Shown piece after piece: positions 11,772 through 21,540 of a stretch of 51,971 nucleotides of DNA. Made by a program: the position numbers and the translations under genes. Source of the DNA: Gemmatimonadota bacterium (lineage in GTDB: Bacteria > Gemmatimonadota > Gemmatimonadetes > Gemmatimonadales > GWC2-71-9); contig JBKPGZ010000223.1 in NCBI GenBank assembly GCA_046729675.1, forward strand, positions 1 through 51,971. The letters are read 5' to 3'. Within the stretch, counting starts at the first letter, position 1; every line of letters begins with the position of its first letter. The notes under the pieces are model-generated. The model worked only from the letters and a program-made list of their open reading frames with translations, did no database searches and had not been told where the DNA came from.

Positions 11772-12554
11772 TCACTCCCCCCGAAACACCGCCTTCCGCT
11801 TCTCCCCGAACGCCGCCGTGCCCTCCCGCATGTCGGCCGTTCCGGACAGCAGCCCGAAGAGATTGGCCTCCAGCAGCAGCGCCTCGTCCACTCCGGTATC
11901 GAGCCCCGTGTCCACCGCCTCCAGGCAGGCCCGCACGGCCAGCGGTCCGTTCTCCAGGATCGTTCGAAGGATGGCTTCACTCTCGATCAGCAGACGGTCG
12001 GCCGGGACCACGCGGTTGACCAGGCCGATTCGATGGGCCTCCTGCGCGTCGATCATCTGGCCCGTCAGGAGGAGCTCCAGCGCCCGGCCGCGGCCCACGA
12101 GACGCGGCAGCCGCACGGTGCCTCCGTACCCGGGGCCGATGCCGAGCTTGACCTCCGGCTGCCCGAAACGGGCGCCCTCACTGGCGATGCGAAGGTGGCA
12201 GGCCATGGCCAGCTCACAGCCGCCGCCCAGGGCAAAGCCGTTGACCGCGGCGATCACCGGCTTCCCGCAGCGCTCCAGCGCGCGGAAGACGCGCTGGCCT
12301 TCGAGCGAGCGCGTCTTCCCGTCCACCGGGCCCTGCGCCGCGATCTCGCCGATGTCCGCGCCGGCGACGAAGGCCTTCGGTCCCGCTCCGGTGAGGATTG
12401 CGCCCTTGATGTCGCGGTCGTTCCGGAGCCGGGCAGCCGCGTCGCCCAGCTCGGCGATGACGGTGCCGTTCAGGGCGTTGAGCTTCTCGGGGCGGTTGAC
12501 GGTGACGGTCGCGACCGCGTCGCGGACCTCGAACAGCAGCGTGCTGTAGGCCAT
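11772..12554 (-). CDS. enoyl-CoA hydratase/isomerase (crotonase) family protein
   Basis: 260 aa from ATG 12554 (verified). MAYSTLLFEVRDAVATVTVNRPEKLNALN, AFVAGADI and NGFALGGGCELAMACH are crotonase hallmarks. The ORF-track extension to 13382 overlaps mtnA and looks spurious. Confidence 0.9.
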   Translation of the reverse strand: MAYSTLLFEVRDAVATVTVNRPEKLNALNGTVIAELGDAAARLRNDRDIKGAILTGAGPKAFVAGADIGEIAAQGPVDGKTRSLEGQRVFRALERCGKPVIAAVNGFALGGGCELAMACHLRIASEGARFGQPEVKLGIGPGYGGTVRLPRLVGRGRALELLLTGQMIDAQEAHRIGLVNRVVPADRLLIESEAILRTILENGPLAVRACLEAVDTGLDTGVDEALLLEANLFGLLSGTADMREGTAAFGEKRKAVFRGE

Positions 12555-12599
12555 GTCGATGCTCGGGCTGGAAAGGTGGGATAAGAGTATCTTGTCCCC

Positions 12600-13628
12600 A
12601 TGCGACTTCCCAACCCCATCGCGTGGTCTCCGTCCGGCGGAATCCGTCTGCTCGACCAGACGCGGCTGCCGGGTGAGGAGCGGTACCTCGAGTTGGAGAC
12701 GGTGGAAGCGGTTGCCGAGGCAATCGCTTCGCTCCGGGTGCGCGGCGCACCCCTCATCGGGATCGCGGCGGCCATGGGCGTGACGCTCGCGCTCAGAGAA
12801 GACGCCGCGCCTGCGCCCGAGCCGCTGGACGCGGTGCGCCGCGCCGCCTCGAGCCTGGGCGCCACTCGTCCCACGGCCGTGAACCTGCACTGGGCCCTCG
12901 CCCGCGTGGTGCGCCGGGCTGAGCGCGCCGTCGAGACAGGTGAGCCGCTGGGAGCGGCGCTCCGAGCGGAAGCCCAGGCCATCTGGGATGAAGACCGTGC
13001 CATGTGCGATCGCCTCGGCGCGCTCGGCGCGGCGCTGATCCCGGCCGATGCCACCGTGGCGACGATCTGCAACGCCGGCGTGCTTGCCACCGGCGGCATC
13101 GGCAGCGCGCTCGCCCCCGTCTACCATCTGCACCGGCTGGGCCGCGCACCCCGGGTGATCGTGCCCGAGACCCGGCCGCTGCTCCAGGGAAGCCGGCTCA
13201 CGGCCTGGGAGCTGAGTCGCGCCGGCGTCGAGTGCACCGTGATCGCCGATGGCGCGATCGCCACTCGCTTCCGCCGCGGCGACGTGGCTTGCGCGCTGGT
13301 CGGCGCCGACCGGATCGCCGCCAACGGGGACGTCGCCAACAAGCTCGGCACCTACGCGCTGGCGCTGGCCGCGCGGGCGCACGGCGTTCCGCTCTACGTG
13401 CTCGCCCCCAGCTCGACGATCGACCCCGCGACGCCCGACGGCAGCGCGATCCCGATCGAGCTCCGCGCTGCCGACGAGGTCACCGCCTGGCGCGGGGTCC
13501 GCGCCGCGGCCGAGGGCGTTCCCGCCTGGAATCCTGCGTTCGACGTCACCCCCGCGGAGCTGGTGAGCGCGATCGTGAGCGACCGCGGGGTCGTGCCGCC
13601 CGGACAGCTCTCCCGGCTCATGGACTGA
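12600..13628 (+). CDS. mtnA: S-methyl-5-thioribose-1-phosphate isomerase
   Basis: 342 aa, ATG verified. IRLLDQTRLPGEERYLE, IASLRVRGAPLIGIAAAMG and GADRIAANGDVANKLGTY are typical of the MtnA/eIF-2B family. Confidence 0.85.
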   Translation: MRLPNPIAWSPSGGIRLLDQTRLPGEERYLELETVEAVAEAIASLRVRGAPLIGIAAAMGVTLALREDAAPAPEPLDAVRRAASSLGATRPTAVNLHWALARVVRRAERAVETGEPLGAALRAEAQAIWDEDRAMCDRLGALGAALIPADATVATICNAGVLATGGIGSALAPVYHLHRLGRAPRVIVPETRPLLQGSRLTAWELSRAGVECTVIADGAIATRFRRGDVACALVGADRIAANGDVANKLGTYALALAARAHGVPLYVLAPSSTIDPATPDGSAIPIELRAADEVTAWRGVRAAAEGVPAWNPAFDVTPAELVSAIVSDRGVVPPGQLSRLMD

Positions 13629-15109
13629 TGCCCTCGATCCTCGCGCTCGACCAGGGCACGACGGGATCCACCGCGCTGGTCATCCAGCAGGACGGCACGG
13701 TGCTGGGACGAGGCTATCGCGAGTTCACCCAGTACTTCCCGCAGCCGGGCTGGGTCGAGCACGACCCGGAGGAGATCCTCAAGGTTTCACTCGAGGCGAT
13801 CGCGGATGCGCTGGCCGGAGCCGGCGAGCGGCCGATGGGTCTGGGGATCACCAACCAGCGCGAGACGGTCGTGCTGTGGGATCGCCGCAGCCTGCGGCCG
13901 GTGGCGCCAGCGATCGTGTGGCAGGACCGTCGCACCAGCGAGCGCTGCCGCGAGCTGAAGGAGACCGGTGTCGAGGCGCTGCTCCGCCGGCGCACCGGGC
14001 TGGTGGCCGATCCCTACTTCTCGGCCACCAAGCTGGAGTGGCTGCTGCGCGATCCCGAGCTGCGCCGCCGGGCGGGCAGAGGCGAGCTCGCCGCCGGGAC
14101 GGTGGAAAGCTGGCTGGTGGCGAAGCTCACCGGTGGGCGAGTCCACGCGAGCGACCACACCAACGCGAGCCGCACGCTGCTGTACGATCTCGCGGCCCGC
14201 GATTGGCACCCCGAGCTGCTCGGGATCTTCGGGGTGCCGCGGGAGGTGCTCCCGACCATCACCCCCTCGTCCGGAATCGTTGGAGAGACCGAACCTTCGC
14301 ACCTCGGCTTTGCGCTGCCCATCGCCGGGCTCGCGGGCGATCAGCAATCGGCCCTGTTCGGCCAGGGGTGCTGCACCGACGGGCTGGCGAAGAACACCTA
14401 TGGGACCGGTGCGTTCCTGCTGGTGTATCGTGGCACTCGAGTGCCCGAGCCGCCCCACGGCGTGCTCGCGACCGCAGCCTGCGGTCCCCGTGGGGAGCCG
14501 GCCTACGCGCTCGAAGGGAGCGTGTTCATCGCGGGCGCCGCGGTCCAGTGGCTGCGCGACGGGCTGGGCATCATCGCGACCGCGCCCGAGAGCGAGCGGC
14601 TGGCTCGCAGCGTCGAGGGCACGGATGGCGTGACGTTCGTGCCGGCGTTCGTGGGGCTGGGCACGCCGCACTGGGAGGCGGAGGCGCGTGGAACCATCGT
14701 CGGACTGACCCGCGGCACCGAGCGCGCGCATCTCGTGCGGGCGGCGCTGGAGGCGATCGCATTCAGCAGTGCCGAGCTGCTGCACGCCATGACGGGCGCG
14801 GGCAAGGTCGACGTCGCGGTCCTGAGGGTGGACGGCGGGGGCGCGGCGAACGACTGGATGATGCAGTTCCAGGCCGACGTGCTCGGCCTGCCGGTGGAGC
14901 GGCCCGACATGGTGGAGACGACGGCGCTCGGCGCCGCCGCGCTCGCCGGACTCGCGCTCGGTGTGTGGAAGCAGCCCGGCGAGTTCCTGGCCGGACGCCG
15001 GTTCACGCGGTTCACGCCCTCGATGGGTGCGGTGGAGCGGGGAAGACGGGTGCGGCAGTGGGAGCGGGCAGTGCGTGCGGCGCTGGTCTGGGCGCGGGGA
15101 GCCGAATGA
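13628..15109 (+). CDS. glpK: glycerol kinase
   Basis: 493 aa from ATG 13628, which overlaps the mtnA TGA (TGATG). MPSILALDQGTTGSTALV, FPQPGWVEHDPEEI and GDQQSALFGQ are FGGY/GlpK motifs. Confidence 0.9.
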   Translation: MPSILALDQGTTGSTALVIQQDGTVLGRGYREFTQYFPQPGWVEHDPEEILKVSLEAIADALAGAGERPMGLGITNQRETVVLWDRRSLRPVAPAIVWQDRRTSERCRELKETGVEALLRRRTGLVADPYFSATKLEWLLRDPELRRRAGRGELAAGTVESWLVAKLTGGRVHASDHTNASRTLLYDLAARDWHPELLGIFGVPREVLPTITPSSGIVGETEPSHLGFALPIAGLAGDQQSALFGQGCCTDGLAKNTYGTGAFLLVYRGTRVPEPPHGVLATAACGPRGEPAYALEGSVFIAGAAVQWLRDGLGIIATAPESERLARSVEGTDGVTFVPAFVGLGTPHWEAEARGTIVGLTRGTERAHLVRAALEAIAFSSAELLHAMTGAGKVDVAVLRVDGGGAANDWMMQFQADVLGLPVERPDMVETTALGAAALAGLALGVWKQPGEFLAGRRFTRFTPSMGAVERGRRVRQWERAVRAALVWARGAE

Positions 15110-15121
15110 CTCCGCTTCCGG

Positions 15122-17083
15122 TCACACCGCTTCGGACTTTCCCTGCTGCAGTGGCTCCGCCGCCCGCGCCTTCGCCGCAGCGTCCAACACCTCTCGCACC
15201 TTCTTGAGCAGTCTCTCGGGGCCGAACGGCTTGGGCAGGAACGTCGCGCCGGGATCCAGCCGGCCGCCGCGAACCACCGTCGTGTCGGTGTATCCCGACA
15301 TGTAAAGCACCGGGAGGCCCGGCTGTTGGGCGGCGAGAATCCTCGCCAAATCGGGTCCGCTCATCTCGGGCAGCATGACGTCGGTGAGGAGCAGGTCCAC
15401 CTGCCGGCCCTGCTCGCCCACCAGCGCGACCGCCTCACCGGGGCTCGCGGCCGCCAGCACACTGTAGCCGCGCTTGAGCAGCACCCGCTGGGCCAGGTCC
15501 CGGATGCTGGGGTCGTCTTCGACCAGGAGGACCGTCTCCCGACCGGGCTGAGCCCGGCTTTCCTGCCGCGTATCACCGGCCGCCGGCGCGCCGACCGCAC
15601 GGGGCAAATACACCTTGACCGAGGTCCCGCGCTCGGGCTCCGAATAGACGTAGATGTGCCCGCCGGATTGCTTCACGATGCCGAACACGGTGGAGAGCCC
15701 GAGCCCGGTGCCGACGCCTCGAGGCTTGGTGGTGAAGAAGGGCTCGAAGATCCGGGCCTTCACGTCAGGGGGCATGCCGTGGCCCGTGTCGCTCACGGCC
15801 AGCTCGACGTAGCGGCCGGGGTCCACGCCCAGGTGAACGCGCGCATACTCGTCGCTGAGCCGCACGTCGCGGGCTTCGATCGTCAGGGTGCCCCCGTCCG
15901 GCATCGCGTCGCGGGCGTTGATCGCGAGATTGAGGACCACCTGGATCAGCTGCGCCCTGTCCGCCAGGACCGGGCTCAGAGGCGGGGCCGCCTCCACCTC
16001 GACCTTGATGTGCTCGCCTATGAGCCGCCGCAGCAGGCGACCGGCTTCGCCGAGCACCTCGCGCAGATCGAGGACCGCCGGTTGAACGATCTGTTTTCGA
16101 CCGAAGGCCAGCAGCTGCGCGGTGAGCGCGGCGGCACGGTCGGCCGCTTCGCGGATGCCGGCGAGGTCGCTCTGCTCTGGTGCGTCGGGCGGCAGGCTGG
16201 CCGACACGAACTCGGCGTAGTTGTTGATCGCGGTGAGGATGTTGTTGAAGTCGTGGGCGATTCCTCCGGCCAGCTGGCCGATGGCCTCGAGCTTCTGCGC
16301 CTCCCGGCGGCGCTCCTCGATCTCCAGCCGCGCCCGAAACCACCGATCCATCTTCGCGCCGAGGAGGCCCAGCGCCAGGATCAGGAGCGTGCCGAAGGTG
16401 ACGGCCAGGGTGAGCTCGCGGGTGGCGACCAGCCCGCCGAGGGCGTGTGCCGGATGGCCGTCTGGGGTGAACGTGACCGCCGCCATGCCGGTGTAGTGCA
16501 TCCCCGCGATCGCACCGCCCATGACCGTGCCGCCGATGAGGCGGCGGAAGCCCGCGTGGCGGCTCTCATCGGCCCGGAACCGGTAAGCGAGCCAGAGGCC
16601 GACGAAGGAAGCCACCACCGCGATCGCGACCGATGCGCCTACCAGCCGGAGCTCGTAGTGCAGCCGCGCGTCCACCCGCATGGCGGCCATGCCGATGTAG
16701 TGCATCCCCGCGATGGCGGGACCCATCCACAGCCCGCTCAATGCCAGCGCCCACCAGGTCAGAGTCCTGCGGCTCACGACGTGGAAGGCCAGGGCGGACG
16801 CGGCCACCGCGACCAGAACCGACAGGAGGACCAGCTCGGCGGCGTAGGTGATCGGGACCGGCAAGTGCAGAGCGAGCATGCCCACGAAGTGCATGCTCCA
16901 GATCCCGACGCCCATCGCGATGGCGCCGCCCGCGACCCACGCGGGGCGCTCCCGGCCGTCGGCGAGCGTGATGCGGCCGGCGAGATCGAGGGCGGTGTAC
17001 GACGCCAGGATCGCGATCAGGACCGACAGAACGACGATCAGGGGACTGTACCATCCCTCGAGCACTATGGACGCCTCTTGCAT
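15122..17083 (-). CDS. hybrid sensor histidine kinase with N-terminal MHYT membrane sensor domain and C-terminal receiver
   Basis: Repeated MHF/MHY motifs in TM helices (WSMHFVGM, GMHYIGMAAM, GMHYTGMAAV). HisKA H-box GGIAHDFNNIL. HATPase G-boxes (DTGHGM, GTGLGLS). Receiver domain (VLLVEDDP ... DLLLTDVMLPEMSG ... KPF). Confidence 0.9.
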   Translation of the reverse strand: MQEASIVLEGWYSPLIVVLSVLIAILASYTALDLAGRITLADGRERPAWVAGGAIAMGVGIWSMHFVGMLALHLPVPITYAAELVLLSVLVAVAASALAFHVVSRRTLTWWALALSGLWMGPAIAGMHYIGMAAMRVDARLHYELRLVGASVAIAVVASFVGLWLAYRFRADESRHAGFRRLIGGTVMGGAIAGMHYTGMAAVTFTPDGHPAHALGGLVATRELTLAVTFGTLLILALGLLGAKMDRWFRARLEIEERRREAQKLEAIGQLAGGIAHDFNNILTAINNYAEFVSASLPPDAPEQSDLAGIREAADRAAALTAQLLAFGRKQIVQPAVLDLREVLGEAGRLLRRLIGEHIKVEVEAAPPLSPVLADRAQLIQVVLNLAINARDAMPDGGTLTIEARDVRLSDEYARVHLGVDPGRYVELAVSDTGHGMPPDVKARIFEPFFTTKPRGVGTGLGLSTVFGIVKQSGGHIYVYSEPERGTSVKVYLPRAVGAPAAGDTRQESRAQPGRETVLLVEDDPSIRDLAQRVLLKRGYSVLAAASPGEAVALVGEQGRQVDLLLTDVMLPEMSGPDLARILAAQQPGLPVLYMSGYTDTTVVRGGRLDPGATFLPKPFGPERLLKKVREVLDAAAKARAAEPLQQGKSEAV

Positions 17084-17184
17084 CGGCTCGGTCCGTCGAA
17101 GGGCTGGGTTGGGTTGTGGTGGTTGACTGGAAACTAGGGCCTGGACGCGGGGAGGGTAGTGGGAACAGTCTGTGACCGCGGCCT

Positions 17185-17370
17185 TCAGCGCGGACCGCGC
17201 GTCGAGTCGGTGCCGCCTCCCCGCGGGGGCGGAAGGTCCAGAGGGTCGTTCGCGTCCCCCGGATAGCTGACCGTATCGCTGGTCGTGGGCGTCGCCGGGC
17301 CGTCGCGGCCCGGCTGAGACGCGCAGCCCGTCGCGCCGAGCAGCATGACTAACAGCCCTATCTCTCGCAT
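17185..17370 (-). CDS. small lipoprotein, unknown function
   Basis: ATG 17370 verified, AGGAG 5-6 nt upstream. MREIGLLVMLLGATGCASQ lipobox. 61 aa, Pro/Asp/Thr-rich. Confidence 0.5.
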   Translation of the reverse strand: MREIGLLVMLLGATGCASQPGRDGPATPTTSDTVSYPGDANDPLDLPPPRGGGTDSTRGPR

Positions 17371-17377
17371 GGGTCTC

Positions 17378-18022
17378 CTATCTCCCGAAACGCTCGAATC
17401 GGTAGGCGAGCTCCGGGCCCCCTTCACCCTCGTACGCGAGCTGTGCGACGAGCAGGCCGAAGGGCTCCATGTACCGGGCGATGCGCAGTGACCCCGCGTC
17501 CACCGGATCGAAGCCCACATCACTGATCAGGCGGGCGGTGGCTTCCTTGCTCCTGGCGTCGTCGCCGCAGTAGACGAGGCTGGGCCGTGAGGCATTGCCC
17601 CGTCCCTCGAACACGCTGAAGAGGACCTCGCTCGGCACGGTGTTGAAGGCGGCCACCACGCGAGCTCCCGAGGCTCGCCTGGCCAGCTCCTCCGCGCCCG
17701 AGGACGTGTGGGCCACGACCAGCTCGGTGTCGTCGGCGTTCATGGGGAGCGTGCAGGAGAGGATGAGCTTCCCCACGAGATGGCCCGCCTGCTTCAACAC
17801 GTCGTCGACCCGGGACCAGTGCACCGCCAGAAGCAGGACGTCCGCTTGCTGCGCCGCCTCGCGCGGTGTCCCTGCACGCGCCTTTCCACCGGCATCTCGC
17901 GCCAGGCCTTTCAGCTTCTCCTGGCTGCGCGCGTAGCTGAACACGACGTCATGGCCGGCACGCGCGAACAGCGTCCCGAGTTTCCCTCCCATGAGGCCCG
18001 AACCCAGTATGCCGATGTTCAT
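17378..18022 (-). CDS. NADP oxidoreductase, coenzyme F420-dependent family (NADPH-dependent F420 reductase-like)
   Basis: 214 aa, ATG verified. Rossmann N-terminus MNIGILGSGLMGGKLGTLFARAGHDVVFSYARS and overall similarity to the F420_oxidored/NpdG type. Confidence 0.7.
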   Translation of the reverse strand: MNIGILGSGLMGGKLGTLFARAGHDVVFSYARSQEKLKGLARDAGGKARAGTPREAAQQADVLLLAVHWSRVDDVLKQAGHLVGKLILSCTLPMNADDTELVVAHTSSGAEELARRASGARVVAAFNTVPSEVLFSVFEGRGNASRPSLVYCGDDARSKEATARLISDVGFDPVDAGSLRIARYMEPFGLLVAQLAYEGEGGPELAYRFERFGR

Positions 18023-18105
18023 CGAACGGCTCCTATCGGCGCGGTCATGCCAACGACATCGCCGCGCCGCCTTGCCAAGGGATGGGACCCTCCCAACCTT
18101 AATGC

Positions 18106-18504
18106 GTGCGAACAGTGCTGCTGCTGCTGATCTCCTGGGCTGCCGGTCTGGCCGCCTACGGCATCGCGCTCGTGATCGTGCGAGGGGAGGTCCTCTCCCT
18201 CGACAACTGGATGATCATCGGGTCCATCACGCTCGTCGCTTGGCTGGTCGGCTCTGTGCTCGTCACCTTCCCGATTCTGCGCCTGATGCTTTCGAGTCGC
18301 TCGGTCCAGGCGGGCAAGGGGCTTCTCGCACTCACTGCGGCGGCGCTCGCGATCGTGCCGGTCTGGCTCAACATCGGGTTCTGGTACGGATGGCACCCCC
18401 GCCATCTGCTGCTTGGCGAGGCCGGATTCCTGGGTCTGCACTATGCGACCAGCGGCCTGGTGCTGAGCCTCTCGCTGGCGCGTCGTGAGCGCGGGCGCAG
18501 TTGA
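18106..18504 (+). CDS. integral membrane protein, unknown function
   Basis: 132 aa, GTG start. About four hydrophobic helices (LLLLISWAAGLAAYGIALVIV, MIIGSITLVAWLVGSVLVTFPIL, ...). The stop overlaps the next ORF. Confidence 0.5.
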   Translation: MRTVLLLLISWAAGLAAYGIALVIVRGEVLSLDNWMIIGSITLVAWLVGSVLVTFPILRLMLSSRSVQAGKGLLALTAAALAIVPVWLNIGFWYGWHPRHLLLGEAGFLGLHYATSGLVLSLSLARRERGRS

Positions 18505-18518
18505 GCCCGTCCTCCGCC

Positions 18519-19370
18519 ATGCACGTCCAGATCATCCTCGTCCCTTACGATACCGCCCGCCGCGGCTGGCGCAGTGGGGCCGGCCCCGAGCACCTGCTGC
18601 GCGCCGGCCTCGCCGAGCACCTCCAGGGCAACGGGCACTCCGTCGCCGAGGTGGAGGTGATCGAGGCCGATCCCACGCAGCCGCCGGCAGAGATCGCCAC
18701 CGGGTTCGAGCTGATGCGGAAGGTTGCGGTCGCAGTGCGCGCCGCCCGTGGCGCGGGTCGGTTTCCGCTCGTCCTCAGCGGCAACTGCAATGCCTCGGTC
18801 GGCGCCCTCAGCGGCCTCACTCCCTCCCGTCGAGCCGTCTTCTGGTTCGACGCCCATGGCGACCTCAACACGCCCGATACCACCACCAGCGGCTTCCTGG
18901 ACGGGACGGGCTTCGCGACCGCGTTGGGTCTGTGCTGGCACGGGCTCGCCTCCGGCATTCCCGGATTCGAGCCGGTCGATTCCGAGGCGGCGTTCCTTCT
19001 CGGAGCTCGGGACCTCGATCCGCCCGAGGCGGCGCTGCTCGATCGCGGACCGATCAAGACCGTCTCCAGCGCGCGGCTCTCGGCCGAATTGCCGGGGATG
19101 CTGAGCCGCGCTCGGCTGGAGGGGGCCCTCGGCCACGTGCACTTGGACCTCGATGCGCTCGACCCCGCCCGGGTGGGTCGTGCCAATAGCCTGCCGGTGC
19201 CGGACGGGCTCTCGGTCGAACAGCTCACGGGGGCCATCGCCACCATCCGAGCGCGCGTCACGCTCGGCGCGGCCGCGCTCGCATCCTACGCGCCGGAGTT
19301 CGACTCGGGAGGGAGTGTCTGCCGGGCGGGGTTCGCGGCCATTGATTCCCTGCTGTCAGAGCTGCCCTGA
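18519..19370 (+). CDS. arginase/ureohydrolase family protein with altered first metal-binding motif
   Basis: WFDAHGDLNTP and HVHLDLDALDP are ureohydrolase motifs. The usual LGGDHS motif reads LSGNCN. ATG 18519 (MHVQIILVPYD) is preferred over TTG 18501. Confidence 0.75.
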   Translation: MHVQIILVPYDTARRGWRSGAGPEHLLRAGLAEHLQGNGHSVAEVEVIEADPTQPPAEIATGFELMRKVAVAVRAARGAGRFPLVLSGNCNASVGALSGLTPSRRAVFWFDAHGDLNTPDTTTSGFLDGTGFATALGLCWHGLASGIPGFEPVDSEAAFLLGARDLDPPEAALLDRGPIKTVSSARLSAELPGMLSRARLEGALGHVHLDLDALDPARVGRANSLPVPDGLSVEQLTGAIATIRARVTLGAAALASYAPEFDSGGSVCRAGFAAIDSLLSELP

Positions 19371-19381
19371 CTTGCGCCCCG

Positions 19382-19969
19382 TCAGCGTCCGTGACGGCGT
19401 CCCATGACGGACGTCTGTATCCCCGCGTTATCGCAGTTCACCCTCGGGTTCCAGGTGGCGACGATCCCGCTCGGGTTGTGCTGCCCCACATAGATATGCA
19501 GGCCCCAGAGTCCTGCGTCCGGCACGGCCTCGAACGCCTGGCCGAGCAGGGTCGGCGGTGCCTCGGTCGCGGGATGATCGCTGAACAGCACGATGTACTC
19601 CACGCCGATGAACCGCAGCTGACCGTTCTTCTGCGGCTCGTACAGGAGAAGCTCAGGTTGGAGCAGGTTGACCGCGCCGCCATCCTCGACGTACGCCGGG
19701 TTGCTGTAGTGAAACCCCATGCCGCCGAGGCCGGGCACCTCGAGACAAGGCGTGAACTGGACCGACCATCCCGCATTCACGGCGGCCTGGAACTGGTGGA
19801 ACGGCGCGACCAGCCGGCGCAGCTGGGCGATCTCGCTGGCGGTCGAGGCGTCGGCGCTGGCGTGCGCGGAGGCCAGGGACGGGCTCTCCGGGGCGACGGC
19901 GCGTGATCCGTCGTCGCACGCCAGCAGCAACGCGGCGAGGGAGAGGGTGATGGCAGCGCGTCTGTGCAT
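19382..19969 (-). CDS. lipoprotein, unknown function
   Basis: ATG 19969 verified. MHRRAAITLSLAALLLACDDG lipobox. 195 aa. Lies directly downstream of the cytochrome operon on the same strand. Confidence 0.6.
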   Translation of the reverse strand: MHRRAAITLSLAALLLACDDGSRAVAPESPSLASAHASADASTASEIAQLRRLVAPFHQFQAAVNAGWSVQFTPCLEVPGLGGMGFHYSNPAYVEDGGAVNLLQPELLLYEPQKNGQLRFIGVEYIVLFSDHPATEAPPTLLGQAFEAVPDAGLWGLHIYVGQHNPSGIVATWNPRVNCDNAGIQTSVMGRRHGR

Positions 19970-20106
19970 TTGGACCCCCCAGGGGGAGGAGTTGGAATGC
20001 GTGTGGGATAGACCTGCGTCGGCACCGAATCCCAACGTAAGGAGGGCAGAGGGTCACGCAAGTAGGGGACGCAGCCGCCTCGACGTCCTCCTGCGCGCTC
20101 ACTGCT

Positions 20107-21540
20107 TCAGCCGCCCGGGATGTTCGCGCCGTGGCAAGCCGTGCACATCGAGGGATTCTTGCGGCGCAGGGTTTCCGGATCGAACCCCGGGCCGTGAGGA
20201 TTGAACCGGCGACCTCCTTGCGCGGAGTGGCAGCTGAGACAGTCCCGCTCCGAGTGACACGAGACGCAGCTCTCGAGATTCTGCCGGGCAGCCTGGCCGT
20301 GGTTCAGGAGGAACTCTGCCTTGGCGTCGTGGTACCCCGCTCCACGCAGGCCGTCCCTGGAGCCGAGACCTGAGCTGACATGGCAGTTGGCGCAGAACTG
20401 CGACTGATTGTGGCAGTCGGAACAGGACTGGTCGCGCGTGTACGCGGCGGCGGGGTGAGTCGTGAGGAAGCCAGCGGGATGATATCCGGGACTCGGATCC
20501 GCCGCGTTGGGCCGGTGGCAATCCAGGCACTGGGATCGCGCGTGGCATGCCCCGCAGCTCTGTGGTCTCGAGGACGCCAGCTCGGCGTGGTTGTCGGAGA
20601 AATCGATGCCGTGCGAGTCGGGACGCTTCCGCTCCACCCGGGCGCCCGGGCCGCGGCCTGGTCCCGAGGCATGCACGGCCAGGGCCGCCGTCGGCGAGGC
20701 CTGGTGGCAGTCGAGGCAGCTCTCCTGAGTATGGCAGGTGGCACACCGGAGAGCGTCCTTCCGGGCCGGGTCCCCGTGACGGAAGAGGAACGAGGGATCC
20801 GCGTGACTCGCCGGCGCGCGAAGCTCGGCCTGGATCGCCAACGATCGCGGATCGGACTCGAGGGCCTGGATGGCCGCCACCTCGGGGGCGTCGACGTGAC
20901 ACTCGGTGCAGAAGTCGCGCGCGTGGCAGGTGGCGCACGAGGCCGCGACGCCACGATTTCCTGCCCGCGCCTGAGCGCCGTGGCCCTCCTCCACGAAGCC
21001 GGGAGCCCGGTGCGAAGCCGGAGCGGGGAATCGGCTCACCTGGGTGCGGGTCAGGCCAACAGCCTGCGCCAGGGGCACGTGACAGGTGACGCAGGCGCTG
21101 TCAGGCGCGTCCAAGTGCCCGGCGCTGATGCCGTGGCAGTCGAGGCAGGTCCGGACCACGGCAAGGCGTACCTGCATGGGATCGGCGCCGGCCTCGGTGT
21201 GACAGACGCCGCACCGGAGCGCGGAATCGGGAGCTGCCTGCAGGAGCCCGTCGGCGTGACTCGAGTGGGTGAACTTCAGGTTGCTGGCCCGCGGGCCCGG
21301 CGGCGGGGACCAGTCCACTTTCTTCTGTATGGCGCCATCGTGACAGTCGGCGCAGTTCGTCTGGGCGGGCCAGAGCGATGCTTCAGGCTCGGCGGCACCC
21401 GCGTGGCACCCGACACAGGAGGGAAACAGCTCACGATGCTCCCAGTGGTCGAAGCGTTGCTGCGCCACCCAGGCAAGCGCGGAGCCGCTGGCGAGCGCGC
21501 CGATGAGGAGCACCAGCCCCGACCGCGATCCGAGCGTCAC
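20107..21540 (-). CDS. 16-heme c-type cytochrome (doubled-CxxCH type), secreted
   Basis: 16 CxxCH motifs counted, many as doublets (CATCHARDFCTECH, CATCHTQESCLDCH, CGACHARSQCLDCH, CSDCHNQSQFCANCH, CVSCHSERDCLSCH). GTG 21540-21538 overlaps the TGA of the barrel gene. Signal/anchor GLVLLIGALASGSALAWV. Confidence 0.85.
   Translation of the reverse strand: MTLGSRSGLVLLIGALASGSALAWVAQQRFDHWEHRELFPSCVGCHAGAAEPEASLWPAQTNCADCHDGAIQKKVDWSPPPGPRASNLKFTHSSHADGLLQAAPDSALRCGVCHTEAGADPMQVRLAVVRTCLDCHGISAGHLDAPDSACVTCHVPLAQAVGLTRTQVSRFPAPASHRAPGFVEEGHGAQARAGNRGVAASCATCHARDFCTECHVDAPEVAAIQALESDPRSLAIQAELRAPASHADPSFLFRHGDPARKDALRCATCHTQESCLDCHQASPTAALAVHASGPGRGPGARVERKRPDSHGIDFSDNHAELASSRPQSCGACHARSQCLDCHRPNAADPSPGYHPAGFLTTHPAAAYTRDQSCSDCHNQSQFCANCHVSSGLGSRDGLRGAGYHDAKAEFLLNHGQAARQNLESCVSCHSERDCLSCHSAQGGRRFNPHGPGFDPETLRRKNPSMCTACHGANIPGG

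Noticed and set aside
12555-13382. Upstream extension of the enoyl-CoA hydratase ORF to 536 aa
   Set aside because: It is antisense to mtnA and of low complexity. The crotonase fold starts at MAYSTLLFEV (ATG 12554).
13004-13627. N-terminal 208-codon extension of the glycerol kinase ORF
   Set aside because: It overlaps mtnA out of frame and is Arg/Pro/Gly-rich. The GlpK homology begins exactly at ATG 13628 (MPSILALDQGTTG).
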